Shown here: positions 60,241 to 64,000 of the stretch, in pieces | Layout of the letters: each line of letters starts with the position of its first letter | How positions within the stretch are numbered: position 1 is the stretch's first letter | Origin: the human T2T-CHM13v2.0 reference genome, Homo sapiens | Assembly (NCBI RefSeq): GCF_009914755.1 | Contig: NC_060945.1 | DNA: 64,000 bases | Direction: 5' to 3' (one strand) | Notes under the pieces: generated by a model | Told to the model about the DNA's origin: nothing | The model's database searches: none | What the model saw: only the letters and a program-made list of their open reading frames with translations | Program-made: the position numbers and the translations under genes

Positions 60241-60937
60241 TATCCACTTACCAAAAAAAATGGAGTAACTAGAAGCCTCATAAACACTCATATGCGTCTA
60301 AAACACAAACTCACAAACCTGGTTTCCTTGGAAAATACATCATGAGAATGTATCAAAAGGTATGAACCAGATTTGCTGTTGCTTTATGACATTGTTAATA
60401 ATGGGATGGTGAGAGACAGGATGAATCAGGGTCTCAGCTTCATTTCCTGGTTTCAACAGTGATTCAAAGAGATGTCATAGGCCTTGCATATTGCAAGAAA
60501 TATTTGCTTAAGCAATACATTTATTATTCATAGGTCAGAGCTTGGAAAGCGGCAGGTGCACAGGAGCCCTTGACAATGGCAAAGCATGATCACATGTTTA
60601 CCGCCAAGACATAGAGCCAAAGTGGGTGACTTGTCAGAGTTTGCTTTGAGAAAAGAAGAGCTGATGTGCATAATCAGAAACCCTCTGTTATGGGGCATTC
60701 TAGTGCTCAGTGCCTTTGCACTCCTTAGCTCAGCTCTTACTGCTCAAAGACACCCTTTAGTGTTCTGAAGGGAGAAGTTGTGAAACTGTTTCTTTAAAAG
60801 TTACAATGTGCAAAAATCATAGTGACATTTCTATTGCATTTGCACTTTGCTTCAACTTCTGGTCAAAATAGATTTGACTTTGGAGATACAGAAATGCACA
60901 GAATTCATGTCCTTGAGCCAGTAGTTACAGTAGAAAG

Positions 60938-60948
60938 GTGTGTGTGTG

Positions 60949-60978
<30 letters not shown>
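60938..60978. repeat. (TG)n/(TA)n microsatellite
   Basis: Direct reading. Confidence 0.9.
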
Positions 60979-60979
<1 letters not shown>

Positions 60980-61020
60980 GATTGGTGCAAAAGTAATTGC
61001 AGTTTTGCCATTGAAAGTTA
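60979..61020. mobile_element. Half MADE1 (one terminal inverted repeat)
   Basis: ttggtgcaaaagtaattgcagttttgccattgaaagt matches the MADE1 at 26283; no second TIR seen. Confidence 0.8.
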
Positions 61021-62360
61021 TCTAGATAAAAGCTTTTTTATATATATGTACTACTTTATATATAATTTTATCTAGAAAAAATATTTATCTAGTATTTTTA
61101 TCTGGTATTTTTATCTAGAAAAAATACTTTTATCTAGATGAAATTTTTTTCCTTAGTGATAGTGTACTTTACAAATTTTTCTATCTTCAGCTATCACCCA
61201 CCCAAGACTTGAGGAATCATTCTCTGAGTCAATTGTAAAAGCAATTGATAAGGCAAGATCCTAAAACTTCTGGGATTTTCCATCAATAAAGTAACTTTTC
61301 AGCCTTACAGAGCAGAGCTTGTTCCTTTATCTTCATCAGTTTCTACATTTCTTTGTAAAAAATATAACTCTGTAAAATTAGGGCTAAATTCCTTGAGAAG
61401 AATTTAAAACATATAGGTTTCAAATATTCAACTAAGCTTCAAAGAAAGAAGAAAGAAACATGGGCTCACAGAGATGATTTTTTTTTTCTCCAGCCAGCAT
61501 GGTCATCATCCCCTGCCAGGCATCTCAGCTTTAAAAGCTCTGCAGCATGTCTCTATCCTCTTTGACAACAGCTTCTGTACAATATAAAAATCCCATTATG
61601 CATATTAAGCAATGAGACTCACTGTTTCCCAAGGGGATCAGTTTGAATTAAGCTTTCTAATTGAGAGATATTTCCCAAAGGACCAGTTGGCATAATTCAT
61701 GTTTCAAGGCTCCTATGCAATTTGGCCCTCTCCCCTTTATTAAAGGAAAAAGACTATTTATCTTGATTCACTTACATAATACATTTCACAGACTATAGCA
61801 TATTTCAGAAATACAGGTTAAAAGCTAATCACAATAAAGTCATTTCTGAATTTTCCTTTCTTTCATTTTAAAAATACTTTTAAGTAGGAAAAGGATCCAA
61901 GCTGCTCAAGACTTCATTAAAATTTGAACGTTCTAATTTCTAATTAGATTTCTTCTGATCATGCTTTTACATGATAAAAGAAGAACATTATTTATCCAGA
62001 TAATAAATAAAGCCCTTGCCATGGCTCCACAATCCCTGAGTCACATGAATCACTATTGTTAGACCATCGTGTTTTTTAAAACTGTGTGCACATATTTCTC
62101 AGATTATTATTTTATTTTATTGTTCCACTGTCTTTATAAAATATGACTTACTTTATTCTATGCTGTTTGCATCTATGAACACATTTTCTTATTTACAAGT
62201 TAGTACCAGATGTAGCCTATCAGCCTATCTCTGATTCAGAAAAATCTTGCTACCTCTAAGTGCCTGTGCCAGCTAATATGTCCTTGGGGTATAGCCCCTC
62301 TCTACCAGGCACTAGATTTAGCTTGTTCGTTTGAAGTTAAGTGATAGAGCAACCAGTTGC

Positions 62361-62422
62361 ATGTGTGTGTATATGTGTGTGTGTGTGTGTATGCTGCGTG
62401 TGTGTATATGTGTGTATGTATA
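62361..62422. repeat. Imperfect (TG)n/(TATG)n microsatellite
   Basis: Direct reading. Confidence 0.85.
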
Positions 62423-62759
62423 CATCTCAATGGCATATGGAGCTCATCCAACTGAGAAAGGGCTGAAACTCCCAAGCAGCATCTGGAATAGCTGGCCGGC
62501 TCATGGAGCTTCGGTTTACAGCAGTCACCTCTTCTACTTCGCCTGCTGGAACACTCTTACTCAGCTTCGATCACCTCCATGAGAGATTACTGAGTGCTTC
62601 CTAAGCGTACACACACGCACCCCAGAAATGTTGTTACAATTCACACTCCGTTAACATTACAAGGTTTCCATCCTTATTATGAAGCTATGCACCTTTATTT
62701 TACACAAGCAGATAAAACTGAAAGAGTTCAGGAAATGTCACCACAAAGAGCCTCCTTTG

Positions 62760-63173
62760 ATAGATACTCCAAAAGGAATGCAATATTCTAGAATCCTCTC
62801 CCTGAGAATCTCATTAACCAGGTAAGATTAAACTCCTATCACCGGAGAGGAGACTGGAAGTTGACCCCACTCCCAGACAGACTTTGTCTCAGGCTATCAC
62901 CTATTCTTCCGAGGGCTCATTCCTCTTTCCCCAAAATCATTTACTCTCCCCCTAAGTTGCTTACATCCCCCTCCCCTCTCCCCTATGAAGAAGGTGTATA
63001 AGCTGCTTGAGCTCACAGTGTTATTGAGCACTCACTTTTCTTTCCTATGGTGTCCTTGAGCATGTAAAAATTTGCATATCTTTTTTCCTGTTGATGTGCT
63101 TGTTGTCAGTTTGTTTCATAGACTCAGTTATTGAACCCTCCGAGGATAGATGGAAGGTTTTCCCTTTTCTACA
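62760..63173 (+). mobile_element. ERV1-class LTR (MER34-like), mainly the 3' part
   Basis: cccctatgaagaaggtgtataagc (TATA-like), ...tttcctgttgatgtgcttgttgtcagtttgtttcatagactcagttattgaaccc...ccttttctACA; 5' limit uncertain. Confidence 0.6.
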
Positions 63174-64000
63174 TAACTTTACAGACATTTATTAGATAAC
63201 CACATGATAAAAGTCAAAGCTTTGGGGAACATTGTGGATGAAAAGGGCAGAGAAAGATCGCAGTGAGAGACCAGCCGCTTTCTCTTAAAAGTTCACAGCA
63301 GGTTACACCCACAGTGGTGCAGGGCTATAGCGGGGAGATCTGTAAATCCTCCTTTCATGAAAAGGGCCTTAGGAAGCTGAATCGACAATGGGCAAAATGA
63401 AAAAAAAATGCAAGTGACTAAAAAGCAATCAATGGACAATAGAAAGAGAATGAATGAGAGTAGCAGGAGAATACATACCAAAAAAAAAAAAATAAAGGAA
63501 GAAGAAGAGGTAGGAAATAGGCAGATATTATGTTCCCCAAGTTTAAAATACACAAGCAAACAAAAAACTACCTTAGAAGCAGGGTGTCCCAGGATTAACA
63601 GCCTGTAAAATCTCTGACTGCAGTGAGAAAGAAACTCTACTTATTGAAGTCTAGAAAAACTATACAATGTTTAAGTCTTGGTTTGGTGCCCCTTCCATCT
63701 ACCCTTCAATAGCCTCTCCTGCATCTCGTTACCTCTAAATGTCCATGCCTTCCTCCTGAACTACTGTTGTTCAGTTCCAAGGAATGCAATAGACAAAGCT
63801 CAGGGTTGCATGACACTCATGGGTACAAGGCATTTGGAGAAAGAATTTTTCCACAATAAAATTATTAACAATGTATTTCCTGTCGATGAAAGGAAGAAAA
63901 TTCTTATTTCCTAAGCAATTTGGGTTTCTCATAAGGCCCTTTGAAAATTAGGTCTTATTAAAATAAATCTCTGACCTTGGAAGAGCTTGAGTATGCTTAC

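Overview
This is primate, most likely human, genomic DNA from inside the kainate receptor gene GRIK1 (GluK1/GluR5), transcribed on the minus strand. Three internal coding exons of the extracellular amino-terminal domain are present: 35895-35728 (168 nt), 31817-31560 (258 nt) and 14999-14818 (182 nt). All have canonical AG/GT ends and splice in frame into ...[12 protein letters not shown]...[13 protein letters not shown]...[13 protein letters not shown]...EILKQ. By my recollection of the gene structure these are exons 2-4. The rest is intron: about 28 kb of the 3' end of intron 1, intron 2, intron 3 and about 14.8 kb of intron 4. The introns are dominated by interspersed repeats: 17 Alus, L1/L2/CR1/MIR fragments, a two-LTR THE1 MaLR, solo LTRs, hAT and Tc1/mariner MITEs, and microsatellites. 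Nearly all other ORFs in the track are repeat-derived or chance. I find no prokaryote-type system and no convincing new gene. The most interesting leads are regulatory or evolutionary: tandem RBFOX motifs in the exon 4 acceptor, a candidate antisense-Alu poison exon, inverted Alus around symmetric exons, intact DUX4 motifs in both THE1 LTRs, non-Alu hairpins and palindromes in introns 3 and 4, and several nested insertions with readable target-site duplications (TSDs). Repeat subfamily names come from remembered consensus sequences and need RepeatMasker/Dfam confirmation.
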